Source: the human T2T-CHM13v2.0 reference genome, Homo sapiens. From it: a DNA stretch of 64,000 nucleotides. The stretch lies in NCBI RefSeq assembly GCF_009914755.1, contig NC_060931.1. One strand, 5' to 3'. Below, piece by piece: positions 27,701 to 42,000 of this stretch (positions within the stretch are counted from its first letter, which is position 1; every line of letters starts with the position of its first letter). The notes under the pieces are model-generated. The model made no database searches, had not been told where the DNA came from, and saw only the letters and a list, made by a program, of their open reading frames with translations. Made by a program: the position numbers and the translations under genes.

Positions 27701-30700
27701 ATTCCATTCCATAGCATTCCGTTCCATTCCATTCCATTGCATTCGGGTTGTTTGCAGTCCATTCCATTCCATTCAAGTCCATTCCATTCCATTCCGTTCC
27801 ATTCCGTTCCACACGAGTTGATTCCATTGCATCCCCTTCCATTTCATTCCATTCCATTCCATTCCATTCCATTCCATTCCATTCCATTCCACTCGGGATT
27901 ATTCCATTCCATTCCATTTAATTCTATTCCATTCCTTTCCATTCCATGACACTCAGGTTGATTCCATTCCATTCCATTCCATTCCGTTCCATTCCATTCC
28001 ATTCCATTCGGGTTGAATCCGGTCCATTCCATTCTATTCCATTCCATTCCATTCCATTCTCTTCCACTCAAGTTGATTATATTGCATCCCATTCCATTCC
28101 ATTCCCCTCCATTCCTTTCCATTCAATTGCATTCCTTGCCATTCCATTCCATTCATCTCGGGTTGATTCCATTCCAGTCCATTTCAGTTCATTCCATGCC
28201 ATTCCATTCCATTCCATACACGTTGATACCATTCCACTCCATTCCATTCTATTCCATTCCATTCCATTCCATTCCATTCCATTCTATTACATTCCTTTCC
28301 CTTCCATCCCATTCCAATCGAGTTGATTCCATTGCATTCGATTCCATTCCATTCCATTCCATTCCATTCCATTCCATTCCATTCCATTCCATTTCGTACC
28401 ACTCGTGTTTATTCCATTCCATTCCATTCCATTCCATTCCTTGCCATTGCATTGCATTCCATTGCATTCCATTGGTGTTGATTCCAATCCATTACAATCT
28501 GTTCCATTCCATTACATTCCACTCGAGTGGATTCCACTGCATTCCATTCCATTCCATTCCATTCAATTCCATTCCATTCCATTCCACTCCATTCCATTCC
28601 ATTCCATTCCACTCCATTCCATTCCATTCCATTGCTCTCGGGTTAATTCCATTCTATTCCATACCATTCCACTCGGGTTTTTTCAATTCCATTCCATTCC
28701 ATTCCATTCCATTCCATTCCATTCCATTCCATTCCATTCCACTCCATGCCACTCATGTTGATTCCATTCCATTCCATTTCATTCCATTCCATTAAATTCT
28801 ATTCCATTGCATTTCATTCAATTCCGTTCTATTCCATACCATTCCACTCGGGTTTTTTCCATTCCATTCCATTCCATTCCATTCCATTCCATTCCATTCC
28901 ATGCCACTCATGTTGATTCCATTCCATTCCATTCCATTTCATTCCATTCCTTTAATTTCCATTCCATTCCATTCCATTCCATTGCATTCCATTCCATTCC
29001 ACTCTTGTTGATTCCATTCCATTGCCGTCCATTCCATTCCACTAGGGTTGATACCATTCCATTCCATTCCATTGCATTCTTTTCCATTCCATCTCATTTG
29101 ACTCGGGTTGATTCCACTGCATCCCATTGCATTCCATTCCACTCCATTCCATTGCATTTCTTTCCATTCCACTTGGGTTTATTCCATTCCATTTGATTCC
29201 ATTCCTTTCCTTTCCATTCCCTGCCACTCAGGTTGACTCCATTCCATTCCATTTCATTCCATTCCTTTCCATTCAGTTCCACTCCATTCCATTCCATTCC
29301 ATTCCATTCCAGTCGTGTTGATTCCATTCAATTGCCTTCCATTCCATTCCACTTGGTTTGATACCATTCCATTCCATTCCATTCCATTACAATCCTTTCC
29401 ATGCCAATACATTCCAGTCAGGTTGATTCCAGTCCGTTCCGTTCCATTCCATGTCATTCCATTCATTTCCACTCGAGTTGATTATATTCCATTCCCTTCC
29501 ATTCCATTTCATTCCATTCCACACGGGTTGATTCCAGTCCTTTCAATTCCATCCCATTGCATTCCATTCAATTACGTTCCATTGCATTCCATTCCATTCC
29601 ACTCTGGTTCATTCCATTCCATTCCATTTCATTCCATTCTATTCCATTCCGCTCGTGTTGATTTCATTCCATTCCATTCCGTTACATTCCACTAGGGTTG
29701 GCTCCATTCCATTCCATTCCTTTCCTTCCGTTTCCATTCCATTCTATTCCACTCGTGTTGATTCCATTCCATTCCATTCCATTCCATTCCTTTCCATTCC
29801 ATTCCCGTTGATTGCATTCCATTCCATTCCATTCCATGACATTCCACTCTCGTTGATTCCATTCCATTCCATTCCATTCCATTCCATTCCATTCCATTCC
29901 ATTCCTTTCCATTCCACTTGCGTTGATTCCATTCAATTCCATTCCATTACATTCCATTCCACTAGGGTTTATTCAAATTCGCTCCATTCCATTCCATTCC
30001 ATTCCATTCCATTCCATTCCATTCCATTCCATTCGTGTTGATTCCAATTCCTTACAATCTATTCAATTCCATTCCATTCCATTCCATTCCATTACTTTCC
30101 TTTCCATTCCACTCGTGTGGATTCCATTCCATTGCCTTCCATTCCATTCCACTATGGTTGATTCCACTCCATTCCTTTCCATTCCTTTCTTTTCCATTCC
30201 ATTGCATTCGACTCAAGGTGATTCCAATCCATTCCATTCCATTCCATTCCATTCCATTCCACTCCATTCCATTCCATTCCATTCCTTTCCATTCCATTCC
30301 CGTTGATTGCATTCCATTCCATTCCATTCCATGCCATTCCACTCTCATTGATTCCATTCCATTCCATTCCATTCCATTCCATTCCATTCCATTCGTTTCC
30401 ATTCCATTCCCGTTGATTGCATTCCATTCCATTCCATTCCATGCCATTCCACTCACATTGATTCCATTCCATTCCATTCCATTCCATTCCATTCCATTCC
30501 ATTCCATGCCATTCCACTCTCGTTGATTCCATTCCATTCCATTCCATTAAATTCTTTTCCACTCCACTTGCGTTGATTCCATTCCATTCCATTACATTCC
30601 ATTCCACTCTGGTTTATTCAATTTCGCTCCATTCCATTCTATTGCATTCCATTCCATTCCATTCCATTCGTGTTGATTCCAATTCCTTACAATCTTTTCC

Positions 30701-32119
30701 ATTCCATTCCATTCCATTCCATTCCATTCCATTACTTTCCTTTCCATTCCACTCGTGTGGATTGCATTCCATTGCCTTGCATTCCATTCCACTAGGGTTG
30801 ATTCCACTCCATTCCTTTCCATTCCTTTCTTTTCCATTCCATTGCATTCGACTCAAGGTGATTTCAATCCATTCCATTCCATTCCATTGCATTCCATTCC
30901 ATTCCATAGCATTCCATTCCATTCCATTCCATTCCATTCCATTCCATTCCATTCCATTGCATTCGGGTTGTTTCCAGTCCATTCCATTCCATTCAAGTCC
31001 ATTCCATTCCATTCCATTCCACTCGAGTTGATTCCATTGCATCCCCTTCCATTTCATCCCACTCCATTCCATTCCATTCCATTCCATTCCATTCCATTCC
31101 ATTCCATTCCATTCCATTCCACTCGGGTTTATTCCATTCCATTCCATTTAATTCTATTCCATTCGTTTCCATTCCATGCCACTCAGGTTGATTCCATTCC
31201 ATTCCATTCCATTCCATTCCATTCCATTCCATTCCATTCCTTTCCATTCCATTCCATTCGGGTTGAATCTGGTCCATTCCATTCTATTGCATTCCATTCC
31301 ATTCCATTCTATTCCACTCAAGTTGATTACATTGCATCCCATTCCATTCCATTCCCCTCCATTCCTTTCCATTCCATTGCATTCCTTGCCATTTCATTCC
31401 ATTCATCTCGGGATGATTCCATTCCAGTCCATTTCAGTTCATTCCATGTCATTCCATTCCATTCCATACGCGTTGATACCATTCCATTCCATTCCATTCC
31501 ATTCCATTCCATTCCCTTCCATTCCATTCTATTCCATTCCTTTCCCTTCCATTCCATTCCAATCGAGTTGATTCCATTGCATTCGATTCCTTTCCATTCC
31601 ATTCCATTCCATTCCATTCCATTCCGAACCTCTCGGGTTTATGCCATTCCTTTCCATTCCATTCAATTCCTTGCCATTGCATTCCATTCCATTGCATTCC
31701 ATTGGTGTTGATTCCAATCCATTACAATCTGTTCCATTCCATTACATTCCACTCGAGTGGATTCCACTGCATTTCATTCCATTCCATTCCATTCCATTCC
31801 ACTCCATTCCATTCCATTCCATTCCATTCCACTCCATTCCATTCCATTCCATTGCTCTCGGGTTAATTCCATTCCATTCCATTCCATCCCATTCCATTCC
31901 ATTCCATTCTATTCCATACCATTCCACTCGGGTTTTTTCAATTCCATTCCATTCAATTCCATTCCATTCCATTCCATTCCACTGCATGCCACTCATGTTG
32001 ATTCCATTCCATTCCATTTCATTCCATTCCATTAAATTCTATTCCATTCCATTTCATTCCATTCCATTCTATTCCATACCATTCCACTCGGGTTTTTTCC
32101 ATTCCATTCCATTCCATTC

Positions 32120-33070
32120 CATTCCACTCATGTTGATTCCATTCCATTCCATTTCATTCCATTCCATTCCATTCCATTCCATTCCATTCCATTCCATTGC
32201 ATTCCATTCCATTCCAGTCTTGTTGATTCCATTCCATTGCCGTCCATTCCATTCCACTAGGGTTGATACCATTCCATTCCATTCCATTGCATTCTTTTCC
32301 ATTCCATGTCATTCGACTCGGGTTGATTCCACTGCATCCCATTGCATTCCATTCCACTCCATTCCATTCCATTTCATTCCATTCCACTTGGGTTTATTCC
32401 ATTCCATTTGATTCCATTCCTTTCCTTTCCATTCCCTGCCACTCAGGTTGACTCCATTCCATTCCATTTCATTGCATTCCATTCCATTCAGTTCCACTCC
32501 ATTCCATTCCAGTGGTGTTGATTCCATTCAATTGCCTTCCATTCCATTCCACTTGGTTTGATACCATTCCATTCCATTCCATTCCATGCCACTCATGTTG
32601 ATTCCATTCCATTCCATTTCATTCCATTCCATTAAATTCCATTCCATTCCATTCCATTCCATTCCATTCCATTCCATTCCATTCTATTCCATTCTACTCG
32701 TGTTGATTCCATTCCATTGCCTTCCATTCCATTCCACTAGGGTTGATACCATTCCATTCCATTCCATGCCATTCTTTTCCATCCCATCTCATTTGACTCG
32801 GGTTGATTCCACTGCATCCCATTGCATTCCATTCCACTCCATTCCATTACATTTCATTCCATTCCACTTGGGTTTATTCCATTCCATTTGATTCCGTTCC
32901 TTTCCTTTCCATTCCCTGCCACTCAGGTTGACTCCATTCCATTCCATTTCATTCCATTCCTTTCCATTCAGTTCCACTCCATTCCATTCCATTCCATTCC
33001 ATTCCAGTCGTGTTGATTCCATTCAATTGCCTTCCATTCCATTCCACTTGGTTTGATACCATTCCATTCC
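32120..33070 (+). repeat. Internal 480 bp tandem duplication within a domain-2 unit
   Basis: ACTAGGGTTGATACC occurs at 32256 and 32736, and CCCTGCCACTCAGGTTGACTCC at ~32434 and ~32914. The same 480 bp offset recurs at 49329/49809. Confidence 0.8.
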
Positions 33071-36000
33071 ATTCCATTCCATTACAATCCTTTCCATGCC
33101 AATACATTCCAGTCGGGTTGATTCCAGTCCGTTCTGTTCCATTCCATTCCATTCCATTCATTTCCACTCGGGTTGATTATATTCCATTCCCTTCCATTCC
33201 ATTCCATTCCACACGGGTTGATTCCAGTCCTTTCAATTCCATCCCATTGCATTCCATTCAATTACGTTCCATTGAATTCCATTCCATTCCACTTTGGTTC
33301 ATTCCATTCCATTCCATTTCATTCCATTCTATTCCATTCGGCTCGTGTTGATTTCATTCCATTCCATTCCCTTACATTCCACTCGGGTTGGCTCCATTCC
33401 ATTCCATTCCTTTCCTTTCCATCCGTTTCCATTCCATTCTATTCCACTCGGGTTGATCCCATTCCATTCCATTCCATTCCATTCCATTCCATTCCATTCC
33501 ATTCCCGTTGATTGCATTCCATTCCATTCCATTCCATGCCATTCCACTCTCATTGATTCCATTCCATTCCATTCCATTCCATTCCATTCCATTCCATTCC
33601 ATGCCATTCCATCTCGTTGATTCCATTCCATTCCATTCCATTCTTTTCCATTCCACTTGCGTTGATTCCATTCCATTCCATTACATTCCATTCCACTCTG
33701 GTTTATTCAATTTCGCTCCATTCCATTCCATTGCATTCCATTCCATTCCATTCCATTCGTGTGGATTCCAATTCCTTACAATCTGTTCCATTCCATTCCA
33801 TTCCATTCCATTCCATTCCATTCCATTCCATTCCATTCCATTACTTTCCTTTCCATTCCACTCGTGTGGATTCCATTCCATTGCCTTCCATTCCATTCCA
33901 CTAGGGTTGATTCCACTCCATTCCTTTCCATTCCTTTCTTTTCCATTCCATTGCATTCGACTCAAGGTGATTTCAATCCATTCCATTCCATTCCATTGCA
34001 TTCCATTCCACTCCATAGCATTCCATTCCATTGCATTCCATTCCATTCCATTCCTTTCCATTCCATTCCATTCCATTGCATTCGGGTTGTTTCCAGTCCA
34101 TTCCATTCCATTCAAGTCCATTCCATTCCATTCCATTCCACTCGAGTTGATTCCATTGCATCCCCTTCCATTTCATCCCACTCCATTCCATTCCATTCCA
34201 TTCCATTCCATTCCTTTCCACTCGGGTTTATTCCATTCCATTCCATTTAATTCTATTCCATTCCTTTCCATTCCATGCCACTCAGGTTGATTCCATTCCA
34301 TTCCATTCCATTCCATTACATTACATTCCGTTCCATTGCATTCCATTCGGGTTGAATCCGGTCCATTCCATTCTATTCCATTCCATTCCATTCCATTCTA
34401 TTCCACTCAAGTTGATTACATTGCATCCTATTCCATTCCATTCCCCTCCATTCCTATCCATTCCATTGCATTCCTTGCCATTTCATTCCATTCATCTCGG
34501 GTTGATTCCATTCCAGTCCATTTCAGTTCATTCCATGCCATTCCATTCCATTCCATACGCGTTGATACCATTCCATTCCATTTCATTCCATTCCATTCCA
34601 TTCTATTCCATTCCTTTCCCTTCCATCCAATTCCAATCCAGTTGATTCCATTGCATTCGATTCCTTTCCATTCCATTCCATTCCATTCCATTCCATTCCA
34701 TTCCATTCCGTACCACTCGGGTTTATGCCATTCCATTCCATTCCATTCCATTCTTTGCCATTGCATTCCATTCCATTGCATTCCATTGGTGTTGATTCCA
34801 ATCCATTACAATCTGTTCCATTCCATTACATTCCACTCGAGTGGATTCCACTGCATTTCATTCCATTCCATTCCATTCCATTCCACTCCATTCCATTCCA
34901 TTCCATTCCATTCCATTCCATTCCATTCCACTCCATTCCATTCCATTCCATTGCTCTCGGGTTAATTACATTCCATTCCATTAAATCCCATTCCATTCCA
35001 TTCCATTCTATTCCATACCATTCCACTCGGGTTTTTTCAATTCCATTCCATTCCATTCCATTCCACTCCATGCCACTCATGTTGATTCCATTCCATTCCA
35101 TTTCATTCCATTCCATTAAATTCTATTCCATTCCGTTTCATTCCATTCCATTCTATTCCATACCATTCCACTCGGGTTTTTTCCATTCCATTCCATTCCA
35201 TTTCATTCCATTCCATTCCATTCCATGCCACTCATGTTGATTCCATTCCATTCCATTTCATTCCCTTCCATTAATTTCAATTCCATTCCATTCCATTCCA
35301 TTCCATTCCATTCCATTCCATTCCACTCGTGTTGATTCCATTCCATTGCTTTCCATTCCATTCCACTAGGGTTGATACCATTCCATTCCATTCCATTGCA
35401 TTCTTTTCCATTCCATCTCATTCGACTCGGGTTGATTCCACTGCATCCCATTGCATTCCATTCCACTCCATTCCATTCCATTTCATTCCATTCCACTTGG
35501 GTTTATTCCATTCCATTTGATTCCATTCCTTTCCTTTCCATTCCCTGCCACTCAGGTTGACTCCATTCCATTCCATTTCATTCCATTCCATTCCATTCTG
35601 TTACACTCCATTCCATTCCATTCCATTCCATTCCATCACAGTCGTGTTGATACCATTCAATTGCCTTCCGTTCCATTCCACTTGGTTTGATACCATTCCA
35701 TTCCATCCCATTGCATTCCATTCAATTACGTTCCATTGAATTCCATTCCATTCCACTCTGGTTCATTCCGTTCCATTCCATTTCATTCCATTCTATTCCA
35801 TTCCGCTCGTGTTGATTTCATTCCATTCCATTCCCTTACATTCCACTCGGGTTGGCTCCATTCCATTCCATTCCATTCCTTTCCATCCGTTTCCATTCCA
35901 TTCTATTCCACTCGGGTTGATTCCATTCCATTCCATTCCATTCCATTCCATTCCATTCCTTTCCATTCCATTCCCGTTGATTGCATTCCATTCCATTCCA

Positions 36001-39000
36001 TTCCATGCTATTCCACTCTCATTGATTCCATTCCATTCCATTCCATTCCATTCCATGCCATTCCATCTCGTTGATTCCATTCCATTCCATTCCATTCTTT
36101 TGCATTCCACTTGCGTTGATTCCATTCCATTCCATTCCATTACATTACATTCCACTCTGGTTTATTCAATTTCGCTCCATTCCATTCCATTGCATTCCAT
36201 TCCATTCCATTCCATTCGTGTGGATTCCAATTCCTTACAATCTGCTCCATTCCATTCCATTCCATTTCATTCCATTCCATTCCATTACTTTCCTTTCCAT
36301 TCCACTCGTGTGGATTCCATTCCATTGCCTTGCATTCCATTCCACTAAGGTTGATTCCACTCCATTCCTTTCCATTCCTTTCTTTTCCATTCCATTGCAT
36401 TTGACTCAAGGTGATTTCAATCCATTCCATTCCATTCCATTGCATTCCATTCCACTCCATAGCATTCCATTCCATTCCATTCCATTCCATTCCATTCCAT
36501 TGCATTCGGGTTGTTTCCAGTCCATTCCATTCCATTCAAGTCCATTCCATTCCATTCCATTCCACTCGAGGTGATTCCATTGCATCCCCTTCCATTTCAT
36601 CCCACTCCATTCCATTCCATTCCATTCCATTCCATTCCATTCCATTCCATTCCACTCGGGTTTATTCCATTCCATTCCATTTAATTCTATTCCATTCCTT
36701 TCCATTCCATGCCACTCAGGTTGATTCCATTCCATTCCATTCCATTCCATTCCATTACATTCCGTTCCATTCCATTCCATTCGGGTTGAATCCGGTCCAT
36801 TCCATTCTATTCCATTCCATTCCATTCCATTCTATTCCACTCAAGTTGATTACATTGCATCCTATTCCATTCCATTCCCCTCCATTCCTATCCATTCCAT
36901 TGCATTCCTTGCCATTTCATTCCATTCATCTCGGGTTGATTCCATTCCAGTCCATTTCAGTTCATTCCATGCCATTCCATTCCATTCCATACGCGTTGAT
37001 ACCATTCCATTCCATTCCATTCCATTCCATTCCATTCCATTCCATTCTATTCCATTTCTTTCCCTTCCATCCAATTCCAATCGAGTTGATTCCATTGCAT
37101 TCGATTCCTTTCCATTCCATTCCATTCCATTCCATTCCATTCCGTACCACTCGGGTTTATGCCATTCCATTCCATTCCATTCCATTCCATTCCTTGCCAT
37201 TGCATTCCATTCCTTTGGTGTTGATTCCAATCCATTACAATCTGTTCCATTCCATTACATTCCACTCGAGTGGATTCCACTGCATTTCATTCCATTCCAT
37301 TCCATTCCATTCCACTCCATTCCATTCCATTCCATTCCATTCCACTCCATTCCATTCCATTCCATTGCTCTCGGGTTAATTCCATTCCATTCCATTAAAT
37401 CCCATTCCATTCCATTCCATTCTATTCCATACCATTCCACTCGGGTTTTTTCAATTCCATTCCATTCCATTCCATTCCATTCCATTCCATTCCATTCCAC
37501 TCCATGCCACTCATGTTGATTCCATTCCATTCTATTTCATTCCATTCCATTAAATTCTATTCCATTCCATTTCATTCCATTCCATTCTATTCCATACCAT
37601 TCCACTCGGGTTTTTTCCATTCCATTCATTCCATTCCATTCCATTCCATTCCATGCCACTCATGTTGATTCCATTCCATTCCATTTCATTCCCTTCCATT
37701 CCATGCCACTCATGTTGATTCCATTCCATTCCATTTCATTCCCTTCTATTAAATTCCATTCCATTCCATTCCATTCCATTCCATTCCATTCCACTCGTGT
37801 TGATTCCATTCCATTGCTTTCCATTCCATTCCACTAGGGTTGATACCATTCCACTCCATTCCATTGCATTCTTTTCCATTCCATCTCATTCGACTCGGGT
37901 TGATTCCACTGCATCCCATTGCATTGCATTCCACTCCATTCCATTCCATTTCATTCCATTCCACTTGGGTTTATTCCATTCCATTTGATTCCATTCCTTT
38001 CCTTTCCATTCCCTGCCACTCAGGTTGACTCCATTCCATTCCATTTCATTGCATTCCATTCCATTCTGTTACACTCCATTCCATTCCATTCCATTCCATC
38101 ACAGTCGTGTTGATTCCATTCAATTGCCTTCCGTTCCATTCCACTTGGTTTGATACCATTCCATTCCATTCCATTCCATTCCATTCCATTCCATTCCAAT
38201 CCTTTCCATGCCAATACATTCCAGTCGGGTTGATTCCAGTCCGTTCCGTTCCATTCCATTCCATTCCATTCATTTCCACTCGGGTTGATTATATTCCATT
38301 CCCTTCCATTCCATTCCATTCCACACCGGTTGATTCCAGTCCTTTCAAATCCATCCCATTGCATTCCATTCAGTTACGTTCCATTGAATTCCATTCCATT
38401 CCACTCTGGTTCATTCCATTCCTTTCCATTTCATTCCATTCTATTCAATTCCGCTCGTGTTGATTTCATTCCATTCCATTCCGTTACATTCCACTCGGGT
38501 TGGCTCCATTCCATTCCATTCCTTTCCATCCGTTTCCATTCCATTCTATTCCACTCGTGTTGATTCCATTCCATTCCATTCCATTCCATTGCTTTCCGTT
38601 CCTTTCCATTCCATTCCTGTTGATTGCATTCCATTCCATTCCATTCCATGCCATTCCACTCTCATTGATTCCATTCCATTCCATTCCATTCCATGCCATT
38701 CCACTCTCGTTGATTCCATTCCATTCCATTCCATTCCATTCCTTTCCATTCCACTTGCGTTGATTCCATTCAATTCCATTCCATTACATTCCATTCCACT
38801 AGGGTTTTTTCAATTTCGCTCCATTCCATTCCATTGCATTCCATTCCATTCCATTCCATTCGTGTTGATTCCAATTCCTTACAATCTATTCAATTCCATT
38901 CCATTCCATTACATTACATTACTTTCCTTTCCATTCCACTCGTGTGGATTCCATTCCATTGCCTTCCATTCCATTCCACTATGGTTGATTCCACTCCATT

Positions 39001-42000
39001 CCTTTCCATTCCTTTCTTTTCCATTCCATTGCATTCGACTCAAGGTGATTCCAATCCATTCCATTCCATTCCATTCCATTCCATTCCATTCCACTCCATT
39101 CCATTCCATTCTATTCCTTTCCATTCCATTCCCGTTGATTGCATTCCATTCCATTCCATTCCATGCCATTCCACTCTCATTGATTCCATTCCATTCCATT
39201 CCATTCCATTTCATTCCATTCCATTCCATTCCATGCCATTCCACTCTCATTGATTCCATTCCATTCCATTCCATTCCATTCCATTCCATTCCATTCCATT
39301 CCATTCCATGCCATTCCACTCTCGTTGATTCCGTTCCATTCCATTCCATTCCTTTCCATTCCACTTGCGTTGATTCCATTCAATTCCATTCCATTACATT
39401 CCATTCCACTCGGGTTTATTCAATTTCGCTCCATTCCATTCCATTGCATTCCATTCCATTCCATTCCATTCGTGTTGATTCCAATTCCTTACAATCTATT
39501 CAATTCCATTCCATTCCATTACGTTACTTTACTTTCCTTTCCATTCCACTCGTGTGAATTACATTCCATTGCCTTCCATTCCATTCCACTCTGGTTGATT
39601 CCACTCCATTCCTTTCCATTCCTTTCTTTTCCATTCCATTGCATTCGACTCAAGGTGATTCCAATCCATTCCATTCCATTCCATTGCATTCCATTCCATT
39701 CCATAGCATTCCGTTCCATTCAATTCCATTGCATTCGGGTTGTTTCCAGTCCATTCCATTCCATTCAAGTCCATTCCATTTCATTCCGTTCCATTCCGTT
39801 CCACTCGAGTTGATTCCATTGCATCCCCTTCCATTTCATACCACTAAATTCCATTCCATTCCATTCCATTCCATTCCATTCCATTCCATTCCATTTCACT
39901 CGGGTTTATTCCATTCCATTCCATTTAATTCTATTCCATTCCTTTCCATTCAATGCCACTCAGGTTGATTCCATTCCATTCCATTCCATTCCATTCCGTT
40001 CCATTCCATTCCATTCCATTCGGGTTGAATCCGGTCCATTCCATTCTATTCCATTCCATCCCATTCCATTCTATTCCACTCAAGTTGATTATATTGCATC
40101 CCATTCCATTCCATTCCCCTCCATTCCTTTCCATTCCATTGCATTCCTTGCCCTTCCATTCCATTCATCTCGGGTTGATACCATTCCAGTCCATTTCAGT
40201 TCATTCCATGCCATTCCATTCCATTCCATACGCGTTGATACCATTCCACTCCATTCCATTCCATTCCATTCCATTCCATTCCATTACATTACATTCCTTT
40301 CCCTTCCATCCCATTCCAATCGAGTTGATTGCATTGCATTCGATTCCATTCCATTCCATTCCATTCCATTCCATTCCATTCCATTACATTCCATTCCATT
40401 TCGTACCACTCGTGTTTATTCCATTCCATTCCATTCCATTCCATTCCATTGCTTGCCATTGCATTCCATTCCATTGCATTCCATTGGTGTTGATTCCAAT
40501 CCATTACAACTGTTCCATTGCATTACATTCCAGTCGAGTGGATTCCACTGCATTCCATTCCATTCCATTCCATTCCATTCCATTCCATTCCATTCCACTC
40601 CATTCCATTCCATTGCATTCCACTCCATTCCGTTCCATTCCATTGCTCTCGGGTTAATTCCATTCCATTCCATACCATTTCATTCCATTCTATTCCATAC
40701 CATTCCACTCGGGTTTTTTCAATTCCATTCCATTCCATTCCATTCCATTCCATTCCACTCCATGCCACTCATGTTGATTCCATTCCATTCCATTTCATTC
40801 CATTCCATTAAATTCTATTCCATTTCATTTCATTCCATTCCATTCTATTCCATACCATTCCACTCGGGTTTTTTCCATTCCATTCCATTCCTTTCCATTC
40901 CATTCCATTCCATTCCATTCCATTCCATTCCATGCCACTCATGTTGATTCCATTCCATTCCATTCCATTTCATTCCATTCCATTAATTTCCATTCCATTC
41001 CATTCCATTCCATTCCATTCCATTCCATTCCACTCTTGTTGATTCCATTCCATTGCCGTCCATTCCATTCCACTAGGGTTGATACCATTCCATTCCATTC
41101 CATTGCATTCTTTTCCATTCCATCTCATTTGACTCGGGTTGATTCCACTGCATCCCATTGCATTCCATTCCACTCCATTCCATTCCATTTCATTCCATTC
41201 CACTTGGGTTTATTCCATTCCATTTGATTCCATTCCTTTCCTTTCCATTCCCTGCCACTCAGGTTGACTCCATTCCATTCCATTTCATTCCATTCCTTTC
41301 CATTCAGTTCCACTCCATTCCATTCCATTCCATTCCATTCTAGTCGTGTTGATTCCATTCAATTGCCTTCCATTCCATTCCACTTGGTTTGATACCATTC
41401 CATTCCATTCCATTCCATTACAATCCTTTCCATGCCAATACATTCCAGTCGGGTTGATTCCAGTCCGTTCCGTTCCATTCCATTCCATTCCATTCATTTC
41501 CACTCGGGTTGATTATATTCCATTCCCTTCCATTCCATTCCATTCCACACGGGTTGATTCCAGTCCTTTCAATTCCATCCCATTGCATTCCATTCCATTC
41601 CACTCTGGTTCATTCCATTCCATTCCATTTCATTCCATTCTATTCCATTCCGCTCGTGTTGATTTCATTCCATTCCAATCCCTTACATTCCACTCGGGTT
41701 GGCTCCATTCCATTCCATTCCATTCCTTTCCATCCGTTTCCATTCCATTCTATTCCACTCGGGTTTATCCCATTCCATTCCATTCCATTCCATTCCATTC
41801 CATTCCATTCCATTCCATTCCCGTTGATTGCATTCCATTCCATTCCATTCCATGCCATTCCACTCTCATTGATTCCATTCCATTCCATTCCATTCCATTC
41901 CATTCAATGCCATTCCATCACGTTGTTTCCATTCCATTCCATTCCATTCTTTTACATTCCACTTGCGTTGATTCCATTCCATTCCATTACATTCCATTCC

